Numbered from the stretch's first letter, positions 47,215-57,860 are shown. The stretch is 64,000 nt of DNA from Candidatus Latescibacterota bacterium (GCA_965203355.1 OZ241889.1:64001-128000), one strand, 5' to 3'. Program-made: numbers and translations. The notes: generated by a model not told the origin, from the letters alone.

Positions 47215-48620
47215 GGAGCGTCCCTGCGTCTGCGCCAAACTCTTATGGAGCACCTTGCACTCAATAGCGATCTTTCGCGTACGCACGCCCTGCGGCCACG
47301 CGATCAGCAAGTCTGTGCGCTGCCGACCCAAGCCGTATTCGCGCTCAATGCGCCCGCCGCTGTTGACGATGCGCTGCAAAAACGCCTGCAACAGAAGCTG
47401 TGGACCCGCCTCCTTGTACTGGAATCGTTCGACCCAGTGCTCCGAATGCTCGCGGAAAAACGACTGAAACGCCGACAGCAACTTGCCCACATCCAACCCA
47501 CCATCAGCATCCACATACCACGCCGTTTCTTCCTCGAACTCACCTTGCACCACCCACGTCAGTTCGCGCGGCACCACCTCGGCGTAGATCGGATTGGCAA
47601 TGCGATACGGCAGGTCTTGGGCAAGTAGCCCCAGGTCGCGCGCGTACTCGATGTCGCGGTCGGTAAAACGGCGTCCCTCGCCACCGCTCAAAAGCGGCTC
47701 CACCACGCGCCGTACGCTGTCTTCCCGTAGCTTGTCGGCCAACTGGTCGAGGTGTATTTCTCGGCGCAGAATGAGTCGCTCCTGCGCTTGGCGGATCGCG
47801 TCGATAGTGATCGGGCGACCCCAAGCCGCGTCAGCACCGTCTCGGAAACAGGTTTCGTCGGCCAGCGCGTTGACCAGCCACGGTTGCCCTTGCGTCTGCG
47901 TCCAAATTGCGTCCAGCACTTCGGGCAAGAACACCTGTCCCGTCTCCTCAGTGTGCTGGGCCAACAGCGCACACACTTCCTCCCGCGAGAAGTCGCCCAA
48001 GCGCAACGAGCGCGCCTTGATGTTGAACGCACTGCCGCCATCAATGATCGCATTGGCCGAGCGGGAGTGAATGCGCGCACCCCGCACAGCACCACACTCT
48101 GCGGAAAACCTGCCGGACGCAGATCGTAGCCGATGCACAACTGCCGCAGCACCGATAACAGCGAATCGCCCATCAGCGCGTCAATCTCGTCAATGAGCAG
48201 CACCAACGGTTTGGGATCAACCTGCGCCCAGCGCGTCAACGCCACTTGCAAAGCAGCATGCGGCCCGAACTCGGAGAGGATACTCGACCAGACCGCAATT
48301 AAAAACTCGTCGCCCAGCGTCAAATTCGTCCGCAGTGCCAAAGAACCCAGAATAGTGCGCATGACCGGTCCGACCTCTTCGCGGCCGGCCTGCCCACCTT
48401 CCACATTGACATACACGCAGCGATAATAGCCTTCGGCATTGAGCAGCTCGCACAGCGCTAACAGTGCCGAGGTTTTGCCCGTCTGCCGAGGTGCGTGCAA
48501 GACGAAGTACTTCTCGTCCCGGACCAACCGGAGCACCTCGGCCATATCCAAGCGTTCCAACGGCGAGATGCAGTAATGCCTTTCGAGCTTGATGGGGCCG
48601 CTTGTGTTAAAAAAGCGCAT
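47215..48620 (-). pseudogene. AAA-like ATPase + PD-(D/E)xK nuclease gene, frameshifted and 3'-truncated
   Basis: MRFFNTSGP, HAPRQTGKT, LIDEID in one frame; SAFNIKA, TQGQPWLVNAL, REYGLG..DL..IECK in another; shift near 48074. Confidence 0.8.
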
Positions 48621-48713
48621 GACGCAAGCATCCTCTCTTTAAGCGGATCCGCTTGTCCACAGGTATCAGGATTGATATTAATGAACACAAGTTATCTACC
48701 AGCAGACAGATCG

Positions 48714-51700
48714 TCACGCTACTGACCGCCAAGCCGCCACCCGCAGCTTCCACTCCTCAACCGCGCAGTAAATCACCGGCACCACCGGCGCGGTCAGCAC
48801 CACCGCCATCATGCCGCCGAAGGTGGGAATGGCCATCGGCAGCATGAGATCGGCACCGCGCCCACTCGCCGTCAACACCGGGATCAGCGCCAAAATCGTG
48901 GTGGCCGCGGTCATCAGGCAGGGGCGGATGCGCCGCACCCCAGCAGCGAGCGCAGCATGGCGCATCGCTTCGACGGTCGCTGGCTGTTGCGCGCGAAAGA
49001 CTTGGCGCAAGTACGTCGCTACGATCACGCCGTTGTCCGAGGCAATGCCAAACAGCGCGAGAAACCCCACCCACACCGCCACACTCAAGTTCAGCGGACG
49101 GACGTGAAAGAGATCGCGCATCGGTGTGCCAAAGACGGAGAAGTCCAAAAACCATTCCTGCCCGTAGAGCCACAGCATGGCAAAGCCACCGGCCCAAGCC
49201 ACCGCCACCCCGGAAAAGACCATCAGGGCCGTGGCGGCGTTGCCAAACTGGAAATAGAGGATGAGGAAAATCGCGGCCAGCGCGAGCGGCAGCAGCACGT
49301 TGAGCTTTTTCTGCGCGCGCAGTTGGTTTTCGTAGCGGCCGGCGAAAGTGTAGCTGACGCCGTCCTCCAGCACCAAATCGCCGCTGGCCCTTTTGCTGGC
49401 CAAATGCGCTCGGCAGGCTTCCACCACATCGACTTCCGCGTATCCCGGCTTCTTGTCGAAAAGCACGTAGCCTAGCAAAAACGCATCCTCGCTTTTGATG
49501 ACTTGAGGGCCGCGCACGTAGCGAATCTCGGCCAGCTCGCCCAAGGGAATCTGCGCCCCGTCCGGCGCGGGCACCAAAATCCGCACCAGTTCCTCGACGC
49601 TGTCGCGCAACTCGCGCATGTAGCGCACCCGCACGGGATAGCGCGTGCGCCCTTCCACTGTGGTCGTAACCTGCTTACCGCCGATAGCGATCTCAATTAC
49701 GTCCTGCACCTTCTGCAGGGCGATGCCGTGGCGGGCAATGGCCTCGCGGGCAATGTGGATCTCCAAGTAGGGCTTGCCGACGATGCGGTCGGCGTTGACG
49801 GTCGCCGACTCGACCGAGGGCACTTCCTTGAGCAAGCGCTCTATCTCCAAGCCGGTACGCTCAATGGCCTCTAAACTCGGGCCTTTGATCTCAACGCCCA
49901 TGGGGGCGCGCATCCCACTCTGCAACATGACGAGCCGCGCGGCAATCGGCTGCAATTTCGGGGCCGACGTAGAGCCGGGAATCTGGCCGGCCCGCGCGAT
50001 CTCCGCCCATATATCGTCGGGGCGCCGTATCCCCGGCCAAGCGACGCGCCCGGAATTGAGCGCGGGGTCCAAGGGCGGACGCCACAAGCGAAAAGGCCGG
50101 CCACCGGCGTCGGGCACGAGACGGCCAGCCCGGTCGCGCCGATAGCGGCCCGGCACTTCGTAGGGCGAGCCATCGGGCGCTGGCGCGGGCGTACCATCGG
50201 AGGTGCGGAACAGGTCCGTGGCCTGCTCGTCAAAAGCGAACAAGAGGCGGCGACCATCGGCGTCGGTCAGGTATTCCGCGCGATAATTGATCACAGTCTC
50301 AATCATGGAAATCGGCGCCGGGTCCAGCGGCGATTCCGCCCGTCCCAGTTTCCCCACCGCGGACTCCACTTCGGGTATTTGCGCTATGGCCGCGTTTTGC
50401 TTCTGCAGGACGTCGAGCACCTCGCCGATGGAGGCGTGGGGCATGGTCGTAGGCATCCACAGAAACGAACCTTCGTCGAGAGGCGGCATAAACTCTTGGC
50501 CCAACCCGGGCAGAGCCTCGGCGAGGGCGACAAAGGGCACTGAATGGCGCAGAGCGGGCGGCACAAAGCCGAAGACGCGGGCAAAACCCAGCCACGCAGA
50601 CGCGCCCGCCAGCAGCAGCAATAGCGGGAAAAGCAGGGCCAAGCCCTTGTGATCCAAGCACCACCCGAGCACGCGAGGGAATGCGCCTTGCAAGACGCGA
50701 AAAAGCGCCAGCAGGCCACCGATCAATCCAGCGGCGAAGATAAAATTGCGCCATCCGCCCTTTTCCGGGCCAAGGGGCAACCAATGTGCCGCGAGCACCA
50801 CTACAACCCCGACAGCCGCAGCGGCCACCGCACCCCGCGCTACCCACAAGCGCACTCGCTCCGGTACGCGCGCGGCGAGCAAGTGATACGTCCCAATAGC
50901 TATCAGTAGCAGGCCGATCCACCACGACAGCGCGATCCCCACCCCAAGGCCGCAAGCCGCCCAAAGGCCGGGTGCCCAACGCCCCAGTCGCGCACCAAAC
51001 GCGCAGTGCGCCAAGGCCGGCAAAGCCGTCAGCGACAGCCACACAGCGGCCAACAGCGCAAAGGTTTTGGTAAAGGCCAGCGGCGCGAAGAGTTTGCCCT
51101 CGGCCCCTTCCATGGCAAAGACCGGCAAAAAGCCCACCACGGTGGTGAGCACAGCCGTCAGCACGGCACCGCCGACCTCGTGCGTGGCGCGGCCGACTAC
51201 GGCTAGGCGGTCGTCCTCTGCGTCGGCATCCTCTAAGTGCTTGAGGATGTTCTCGCTGATGACGATGCCCATATCGACCATGGTGCCGATGGCAATGGCA
51301 ATACCGGAGAGGGCGACTATGTTGGCGTCTATGCCAAAGACCTTCATGGCGGCAAAGCAGGCGAGCACAGCCAACGGTAACAGCCCGGAGACCAGCATGG
51401 CTCCACGCAGGTTCATCACCAGGGCCAGCACCACGATCACCGTTACCAGCACTTCCTCGCTCAAGGCGCGTTCCAGCGTCCCCAGCGTCTCTTCGATCAA
51501 GCCAGATCGGTCGTAAAAAGGGATTATCTGCACTTGGCTGACTCGCCCGTCAGGCAGAGTTTTCGCGGGCAGGCTCGGGGCTATTTCGGCGATTTTGGCC
51601 TTGACGCTTTCAATGGTGGCTAGGGGATTGGCACCATAGCGCGCCACCACCACGCCGCCGACCACCTCCGCCCCTTCCTTGTCCAACGCGCCGCGCCGCA

Positions 51701-52580
51701 GTGCGGGCCCCAGCGCGACCTGCGCGACGTTTTTGACGTAGATCGGGACGTTGTCGCGTGCCTTAATGACGGCGTTTTCAAGGTCGGCCAAGCCTTTGAC
51801 AAAGCCAATGCCGCGGATGACGTACTCCGCTCGATTCAGTTCTAGGGTGCGCGCACCCACGTCGCGGTTGGACCTGCGCACCGCGTGGAAAACCTCGTCA
51901 ATACGCACCCCGTAGGCGCGCATCGCGTCCGGGTTGACGTCGATCTGGTATTCCTGCACAAAGCCGCCGACCGAGGCTACCTCGCTGACGCCATCGGCCG
52001 CCAGCAGGGCATAGCGCACCTGCCAGTCTTGAATGCCGCGCAATGTGTGCAAATCCCAGCCGCCAGTGGGTTCCCCCGCTTCGTCGCGGCCTTCCAACGT
52101 GTACCAGAATACCTGCCCCAAGGCCGTTGCGTCCGGCCCCAAGGCTGGCCGTACTCCCTCCGGCAGCAGGCCGACCGGCAGGCTGTTGAGCTTTTCGAGG
52201 ATGCGGGAGCGCGACCAGTAGAAATCGACTTCTTCGGCAAAAATTACATAGATGCTCGAAAAGCCGAACATCGAAGTGCTGCGGATCGTTTCGACGCCCG
52301 GGACGCCCAAAAGCGCTGTGGTCAGCGGATAGGTCACCTGATCTTCCACGTCTTGCGGCGAGCGCCCCGGCCACTCGCTGAAGACGATCTGTTGATTCTC
52401 GCCGATGTCTGGGATCGCATCTACGGGTATGGGATCGCGCGGCAACCATTCCAACTCCCAAGCAAAGGGGGCAACCGCAAGGCCCCACCCCACGAGGCCG
52501 ACCAACATGAGCGCGACGACCAGTTTCCGCGCGATAAAGAAACGCTCCAAGCGGGCGAGCAACGAGTTTTGTCCTTCCAT
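48714..52580 (-). CDS. cusA: Heavy-metal RND efflux permease (CusA/CzcA family)
   Basis: DAIPDIGENQQIV, LGPDATALG, AIAIGTMVD, RIRPCLMT. Confidence 0.9.
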   Translation of the reverse strand: MEGQNSLLARLERFFIARKLVVALMLVGLVGWGLAVAPFAWELEWLPRDPIPVDAIPDIGENQQIVFSEWPGRSPQDVEDQVTYPLTTALLGVPGVETIRSTSMFGFSSIYVIFAEEVDFYWSRSRILEKLNSLPVGLLPEGVRPALGPDATALGQVFWYTLEGRDEAGEPTGGWDLHTLRGIQDWQVRYALLAADGVSEVASVGGFVQEYQIDVNPDAMRAYGVRIDEVFHAVRRSNRDVGARTLELNRAEYVIRGIGFVKGLADLENAVIKARDNVPIYVKNVAQVALGPALRRGALDKEGAEVVGGVVVARYGANPLATIESVKAKIAEIAPSLPAKTLPDGRVSQVQIIPFYDRSGLIEETLGTLERALSEEVLVTVIVVLALVMNLRGAMLVSGLLPLAVLACFAAMKVFGIDANIVALSGIAIAIGTMVDMGIVISENILKHLEDADAEDDRLAVVGRATHEVGGAVLTAVLTTVVGFLPVFAMEGAEGKLFAPLAFTKTFALLAAVWLSLTALPALAHCAFGARLGRWAPGLWAACGLGVGIALSWWIGLLLIAIGTYHLLAARVPERVRLWVARGAVAAAAVGVVVVLAAHWLPLGPEKGGWRNFIFAAGLIGGLLALFRVLQGAFPRVLGWCLDHKGLALLFPLLLLLAGASAWLGFARVFGFVPPALRHSVPFVALAEALPGLGQEFMPPLDEGSFLWMPTTMPHASIGEVLDVLQKQNAAIAQIPEVESAVGKLGRAESPLDPAPISMIETVINYRAEYLTDADGRRLLFAFDEQATDLFRTSDGTPAPAPDGSPYEVPGRYRRDRAGRLVPDAGGRPFRLWRPPLDPALNSGRVAWPGIRRPDDIWAEIARAGQIPGSTSAPKLQPIAARLVMLQSGMRAPMGVEIKGPSLEAIERTGLEIERLLKEVPSVESATVNADRIVGKPYLEIHIAREAIARHGIALQKVQDVIEIAIGGKQVTTTVEGRTRYPVRVRYMRELRDSVEELVRILVPAPDGAQIPLGELAEIRYVRGPQVIKSEDAFLLGYVLFDKKPGYAEVDVVEACRAHLASKRASGDLVLEDGVSYTFAGRYENQLRAQKKLNVLLPLALAAIFLILYFQFGNAATALMVFSGVAVAWAGGFAMLWLYGQEWFLDFSVFGTPMRDLFHVRPLNLSVAVWVGFLALFGIASDNGVIVATYLRQVFRAQQPATVEAMRHAALAAGVRRIRPCLMTAATTILALIPVLTASGRGADLMLPMAIPTFGGMMAVVLTAPVVPVIYCAVEEWKLRVAAWRSVA

Positions 52581-54031
52581 CAGTGATGCTCATGCGTGGA
52601 GGATGTGGACGCGCTGCGCCCGTGCGCTGGCGCACCGCCTGTTGGATACATTGCGCTCGGCTTGGCGAGGATTTGGAGGGCACTGTCGATTTTGAATGCG
52701 CCGTTGACCACCACGTCCTCTCCCTCGTGCAGCCCCTCGCGGACCAAGTAATAGTCCCCAGCCCGCGGCCCGAGGACGACCTCGCGGCCCTCGTACAGGC
52801 CCTCGCCAAGTGCCGCGTACACCACGGCGCGTTTGCCGGTCAGGAGCGGTGCGGAAGCGGGCACCACCAGCGGCATCGCGTGCTCGGTCTCGTCGCCTGT
52901 GTCATACAGTGCTTCGGCGCGCACTAGGGCCATGCCGCAAATGTCGCAGGCACCGGGTGCATCGCGGACGATCTCTGGGTGCATTGGGCTAATCCACTTG
53001 CCCTTGAGCGCGGGCGCCATGGCACGCCCGTGGGCTCCCACCTCGGCTTGAGCCACCGCCCACACCAGCATGCCTGGCTTGAGCCGACCTTGCTCGTTTG
53101 CCACGTTGACGCGGACGCGCACCGTGCGCGTCCGCTCGTCCAGCACTGGATCGACGAAGGCTATCTGGCCGCTGAACACCTCGCCCGGATAGGCTTCCGT
53201 CGAAAATTCAACAGCCTGGCCGTAGTGGATCCAAGCCAGGTCCGATTCGTAGGCGTGGAGTTCCAGCCACAGCCGCGACAAATCCGCGAGGGTGTAAATC
53301 GGCGTCCCGGTCTGCACGTACGCGCCCTCGCTGAGGTGCTTTTCTATCACTACGCCGCCTGTTGGCGCGTAGATCGTCAGGTGATCGGAGGCGCGGCGCG
53401 CACGCTCGACGCGCTCGATTTGCTCATCCTTCAGCCCGAGCAGGCGCAGCTTTTCGCGCGCGGCCGCAACCGTCGCCTGTGCCATCGGCCCACTGTCAAC
53501 CAATCGCTCGCCAGCGTACAGGGCCTGGATCAGTTCCTCTTGGGCGGTCAGCAATTCGGGACTGTAGAGATAGGCTATGTGGTCGCCCTTTTCGACCCGC
53601 ACACCCGTGTAGTCCACGTAGAGCCGATCAATCCGGCCCGCTACCCAAGCGGTAATGGAGCGGACTTGCGTCTCATCTACCGCAATTTTGCCGACCATCC
53701 GCGTCTCGACCTGTGCGAAGCGGCGCTCGACCGGCGCAGTCTGGATGCTAGCAAGCGCCTGCGCGGCGGGCGAGAGGCGCAACTGGCGCGGCCCCAAGGA
53801 GTCGCCCGCGGCAGACGCAACCACCTCGACTAATTCCATCGCGCAGATTGGACACAGCCCCGGGCCGGGCCGGCGAATTTGCGGGTGCATCGAACAGGTC
53901 CACGTCTCGCCCTGCTCGGCGACCGCGGCGGGTGCGTGGCTCCGGTCCGAGCCGCTCAAACCCCACCCCACCGCCAAGCCGACGATCCCGGCCGCGATAC
54001 CGGTAGCTATTATTTGCTTTGTTGCTTTCAT
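52580..54031 (-). CDS. cusB: RND membrane fusion protein with heavy-metal-binding domains
   Basis: WTCSMHPQI..CPICAM, SPMHPEI..CDICGM, YSPELLTAQEE. Confidence 0.9.
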   Translation of the reverse strand: MKATKQIIATGIAAGIVGLAVGWGLSGSDRSHAPAAVAEQGETWTCSMHPQIRRPGPGLCPICAMELVEVVASAAGDSLGPRQLRLSPAAQALASIQTAPVERRFAQVETRMVGKIAVDETQVRSITAWVAGRIDRLYVDYTGVRVEKGDHIAYLYSPELLTAQEELIQALYAGERLVDSGPMAQATVAAAREKLRLLGLKDEQIERVERARRASDHLTIYAPTGGVVIEKHLSEGAYVQTGTPIYTLADLSRLWLELHAYESDLAWIHYGQAVEFSTEAYPGEVFSGQIAFVDPVLDERTRTVRVRVNVANEQGRLKPGMLVWAVAQAEVGAHGRAMAPALKGKWISPMHPEIVRDAPGACDICGMALVRAEALYDTGDETEHAMPLVVPASAPLLTGKRAVVYAALGEGLYEGREVVLGPRAGDYYLVREGLHEGEDVVVNGAFKIDSALQILAKPSAMYPTGGAPAHGRSASTSSTHEHH

Positions 54032-55284
54032 GGTTGGATTTCCTCGGTGGGTTCGCCGACCAGCTTTTCAATCTCGGCCCAATGCAGGGCTTGGTCGGTA
54101 CGGGCGCGTTCATACGCTAGCTGGAATTCCAGCCGCGTGCGTTGGGCGTCAATGACTGCGAGAAAATCGCTGCGGTCAGCGGCAAAGGCGCGTTGAGTTA
54201 CGTTGAGCACCTGTTCGGCTTTAGGCAGCAGGCTATCTCGGTAGAGGGCGCTGCGGCTTTGGGCGTCGCGCAGCTTGTACAAGGCCAGTTCCAGCTCGGC
54301 AAAGAGCCTATTTCCCTCATCCGCAACGCCCTGCAAGGCGGCCTGATGGCTCAGCTTGGCCGCGCGTTGTCCGGCCTCGTAGGACGAGCGCCACAAGGGC
54401 AAATTGAGCGTGGCCATGGCCATCAGCGGATTCGCACCCCGCTCGCCGATGTGGATGTAATCGAGGCTCACCGTCAAGTCCGGGTAGAACTGCTTACCGG
54501 CCAACTCGACGCCCAAGGACTGTACCTGCGCTCGCGCGCGCTGCATTTGCAGCGTTGGGTTCGCAGCTTGCAAACGCGCTTTGAGCACCGCCTCGTCTAG
54601 GTCCAACGCAGGCGTGGACAGCGAATCGGGCGCGGCTATCGGCGCGGTCGCCGGGCGGCCGAGCGCAGCATTCAACCGGGCCGTGGCGGGCCGCCATTGC
54701 TGACGCAGGCTGTGCAACCGATCCGCTAAGCGACCCAATTCCACCTGCGCTTTGAGCACCGGAGCGTACTCGCCGGTGCCGCCGCGATAGCGCGTGCGGC
54801 TTACTTCTTCTAGGTGGGCCAACAGCCGCGCGTTTTCCTCGCTGACCGCGATGGCCCGCGCCAAAAAGTAGGAGTCGTAGTACGCGGCTTTGACTTCGAA
54901 AACCAGCAACCGCCGCACGGCCTCATAGCCCTGGCCCTCGACCGCGGCGGCGCGCTGGGCGATTTGTCCCTTGAGCGCCAATTTGCCCTTCCACGGGAAG
55001 GTTTGCGCCGCGCTAAAGCGCATTTCCTGCGGGCCGGTGCGCGTCTCCACCGGGCGCGCAAAATAGCCGTAGGTCAGGCGGGGATCGGGCCAAGCGCGCG
55101 CCGGGGCGACCTGTGCTAGGGCGGCTTTATAACGCGCCAAAGCCTGCTTGAGCTTGGGATTGTGCTGTTCGGCGTAGCGCACGTACTCCGCGAGTTCGGC
55201 GCCGGGATCGAGTGCTGCTTTCTGCGCCCAAACCGGCCCCGCGAGCAGACCAGCTAGCAGCAGGGCCATCCTATTTTTGTCCAT
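54028..55284 (-). CDS. TolC family outer membrane efflux protein (CusC-like)
   Basis: Signal peptide, QTFPWKGKL, helical repeats; operon with cusBA. Confidence 0.85.
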   Translation of the reverse strand: MDKNRMALLLAGLLAGPVWAQKAALDPGAELAEYVRYAEQHNPKLKQALARYKAALAQVAPARAWPDPRLTYGYFARPVETRTGPQEMRFSAAQTFPWKGKLALKGQIAQRAAAVEGQGYEAVRRLLVFEVKAAYYDSYFLARAIAVSEENARLLAHLEEVSRTRYRGGTGEYAPVLKAQVELGRLADRLHSLRQQWRPATARLNAALGRPATAPIAAPDSLSTPALDLDEAVLKARLQAANPTLQMQRARAQVQSLGVELAGKQFYPDLTVSLDYIHIGERGANPLMAMATLNLPLWRSSYEAGQRAAKLSHQAALQGVADEGNRLFAELELALYKLRDAQSRSALYRDSLLPKAEQVLNVTQRAFAADRSDFLAVIDAQRTRLEFQLAYERARTDQALHWAEIEKLVGEPTEEIQP

Positions 55285-55291
55285 GCCAATA

Positions 55292-55402
55292 CTCCTCGCC
55301 GCACGGGGTCTATGGCCCCCGCAAATTGAGTGGAAGATGAGACTTAAGAAGCGTCTGAAATTCCGGGTGTGCCTATTTGAGACAAACTCGGTGCGGCGAG
55401 AA
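55292..55402 (-). promoter_or_regulatory. Long-range stem sequestering the cusC Shine-Dalgarno
   Basis: ctcctcgccgcac (55292-304) is complementary to gtgcggcgagaa (55391-402), which abuts the leader stop codon. Confidence 0.65.
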
Positions 55403-55759
55403 TCAGATCAGGAAGGAACAGTAGAGTTGGAAAAGTGGAGGATGCGGTTGGGAAATGGGGGGGGGCAGCGGTCGCAGCGCAGCCGAGCGAGGCCGTGGCA
55501 GAGCGGCCGCAGCCATGCCGACCAACGGCGTTGAGACGGATGCCTGCTCGGCCAGCGCGATAAACCGAGGAGACGCGCTGTTGGATTCGGTCCGCAGACA
55601 GCAACAACCGGCTTGCAGGCTCTCGCCGCCGCAAGCATGGGCGACGTGGCAGGGCATGGGCGCGGCCGCTGCGACCGGAGCGCAGAAAACCTGCAAGCCG
55701 CTACAGGCAAAAGCCAGCAGCAGGACTAAAGACGCGGTTGTGAGGCGAAATTTTTTCAT
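55403..55759 (-). CDS. Putative metal-sensing leader protein (CutF/CruR-like architecture)
   Basis: Signal peptide, PCHVAHAC..GCCC, Pro-rich C-terminus RPLPPPISQPHPPLFQLYCSFLI; directly upstream of cusC. Confidence 0.65.
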   Translation of the reverse strand: MKKFRLTTASLVLLLAFACSGLQVFCAPVAAAAPMPCHVAHACGGESLQAGCCCLRTESNSASPRFIALAEQASVSTPLVGMAAAALPRPRSAALRPLPPPISQPHPPLFQLYCSFLI

Positions 55760-55828
55760 TAGTACTCAGTACGCAAATAGACGGCGGGCCGAATAAAGAA
55801 GTTTCACGGAATTAGCACAAGGGAAAAA

Positions 55829-55970
55829 TTCGATAGTGGTACGTTTTGAAATTTAGCTTTACTCCCGTTGAACGGGTCGCCCCGGCTCCGCCTGAACCCC
55901 GGCGACCCAAGCCCGACCGAAAACGAAAACGCACCGCGACAATTGGAGATTGCAAAATGTACCACGACCC
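55829..55970 (-). mobile_element. MITE/REP-like element, family A (longest copy)
   Basis: Imperfect TIRs gtggtacgttttgaaat / attgcaaaatgtaccac with internal hairpin. Confidence 0.75.
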
Positions 55971-55978
55971 AAAATTCG

Positions 55979-56695
55979 CTACTTAGACACCATCTTGCGC
56001 ACGCCTCGTTCGTACACCACTTCGTACTCACCCTCCGGCACCTCCATATTCCGCACGGCCAATTCGCCCATCGTCACCAGCGGCTCAGACTTCAAAAGCA
56101 GTTCATCGAACGATTCCTCGGGCGTCTTGCCAGTGGTGTCCAAGACGACTGTGCGCCGCTGATGGGTAAATAGCGACGCGGCAATTTCTTCCTCAAAGCG
56201 CGCTTTGACCTCGGCAATGTGCTCTGGACGCACGACCGGATATGCGTGCGGACGGTCCTGCATCCGCCGCGCGATCTCCTCGTCGGAGGCCGTTACGTGA
56301 AATAGCACCACATCGGGTAGATGGGCCTCTAAAACCAAAGATTCGTAGAGCCGCTGAAAGCCGTAGTGGAAGTTCGGGTAGTAAAAGCTGTCCGGGTCGT
56401 CGCCGTAAAAGCGGGTGTACACGGCCTCCTCTAAATGCCAGCCGACAATCAGCGGACAGGCGTACTTTTTGATAATGTCCACGTGGTAGTGGATCTGCAT
56501 CCGCTGGGAGCGCTCCTTCATGTCGTCGGGCAGGCCGACCAAGATCTGGCGCGATTCCGGGCTGAGCGAAGCGTCGGGAAGGGTGAAGTGATCGTCGCCG
56601 TGGATGGGCACTCGGCGGCGGCGATAGTATTCCCCGAGCATGGTGGCCAGCGTACTTTTCCCCGCGTATTCAATGCCTGCGAAAATGCTGCGCAT
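55979..56695 (-). CDS. P-loop kinase-like protein
   Basis: FAGIEYAGKST Walker A, PDVVLFHV, LDTTGKT. Confidence 0.65.
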   Translation of the reverse strand: MRSIFAGIEYAGKSTLATMLGEYYRRRRVPIHGDDHFTLPDASLSPESRQILVGLPDDMKERSQRMQIHYHVDIIKKYACPLIVGWHLEEAVYTRFYGDDPDSFYYPNFHYGFQRLYESLVLEAHLPDVVLFHVTASDEEIARRMQDRPHAYPVVRPEHIAEVKARFEEEIAASLFTHQRRTVVLDTTGKTPEESFDELLLKSEPLVTMGELAVRNMEVPEGEYEVVYERGVRKMVSK

Positions 56696-56784
56696 GTTTG
56701 CTCTCCTTTGGGCTTTCCAAGACGGCGTTGGCGAATATATTCTCAAAAGTAAGTCGCTGTACACCCTCCAGCAAACGCCCGCTT

Positions 56785-57801
56785 ATGCCCACTAGCCCAG
56801 CCAAAATTGGCGTCCTCGTCGCCCAGCTCGGCACACCGCAAGCACCCACCGCCCGCGCCCTGCGACCCTATCTGCGTCAATTCCTCTCGGATCCGCGCGT
56901 CATCGATCTACACCCGCTCAAGTGGTATCCCATTCTCTATCTGTTTGTCCTCACCCGCCGCCCGGCGCGCTCGGCCGCCCTGTACGCCAACATCTGGACC
57001 GACGAAGGCTCGCCCCTCATGGTCCATTCCCTAGCGCAGACCCGAGGCTTGCAAGAGCGCTTGGGCGCGGCGTATCGGGTCGTGCTCGGCATGCGCTATG
57101 GCGAGCCGAGCATCGCACGCGCCATCCAGTCTTTAGAAAGCGAAGGCATCGAGCGCATTCTCGTCTTTCCCATGTACCCGCAGTTTTCCTGCGCCACCAC
57201 CGGCTCGATCTACGACGCGGTCAATCGCGCCGCTTTGGGCCGACGCTGTCCTTGGTTTTTCGACCGCAAACGCCAGATGCCAGCGCTGCGCTTTGTCCCG
57301 CCCTACGCAGACCACCCCGCGTACATCAACGCGCTCAAACAGTCGGTCGCCGCCGCCGTCGCCCGCCTCAGTTGGACGCCTGACCGCTACCTAATCACTT
57401 TTCACGGCATTCCCCAGCGCTACGTCGATGAAGGCGACCCGTACCGCCGCCAGTGTGAGGAAACCGCGCGCCAGCTAGCCACAGCGCTTGGCCTCGCAGA
57501 CGACGAATGGGTCGGCGGCTTCCAGTCGCGCTTTGGCAAAGAGCCTTGGCTAGCGCCTTATACCGAGGACGTGCTAGCGCACCTCGGGGGGCAGGGCGTG
57601 CGCCGCTTAGTCGCCATCTGCCCCGGCTTCACCGCCGATTGCCTCGAGACGCTCGACGAGATTGGCCGCGAAGGGGCCGAGCAGTTTTCCCACGGGGGCG
57701 GCCAACAGTTCTGCCTAGTACCCTGCCTCAACGATCACCCGGCTTGGCTCGACGCTATGGCAGCCATTGCCCGTCGAGAACTGGCCGGCTGGGATGCCTG
57801 A
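56785..57801 (+). CDS. hemH: Ferrochelatase
   Basis: LGTP, MRYGEPS, PMYPQFS, FHGIP, FQSRFG, DCLETLDEI. Confidence 0.95.
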   Translation: MPTSPAKIGVLVAQLGTPQAPTARALRPYLRQFLSDPRVIDLHPLKWYPILYLFVLTRRPARSAALYANIWTDEGSPLMVHSLAQTRGLQERLGAAYRVVLGMRYGEPSIARAIQSLESEGIERILVFPMYPQFSCATTGSIYDAVNRAALGRRCPWFFDRKRQMPALRFVPPYADHPAYINALKQSVAAAVARLSWTPDRYLITFHGIPQRYVDEGDPYRRQCEETARQLATALGLADDEWVGGFQSRFGKEPWLAPYTEDVLAHLGGQGVRRLVAICPGFTADCLETLDEIGREGAEQFSHGGGQQFCLVPCLNDHPAWLDAMAAIARRELAGWDA

Positions 57802-57860
57802 AAGCCATGTGTCGTTTACTTGACAATTATGTGACTCTTTTGTCATCTTAGCGCGGCTCT

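Noticed and set aside
50020-50290. Intein or mobile insertion in the unusually long CusA
   Set aside because: No intein terminal motifs; better explained as a loop insertion of a long CusA subfamily
55345-55390. Third copy of MITE family B (taagaagcgtctgaaa)
   Set aside because: Only a weak one-ended similarity and no shared internal blocks
55457-55465. G9 tract as a phase-variation site
   Set aside because: It encodes the in-frame Pro run of the leader peptide, which explains it; slippage not excluded
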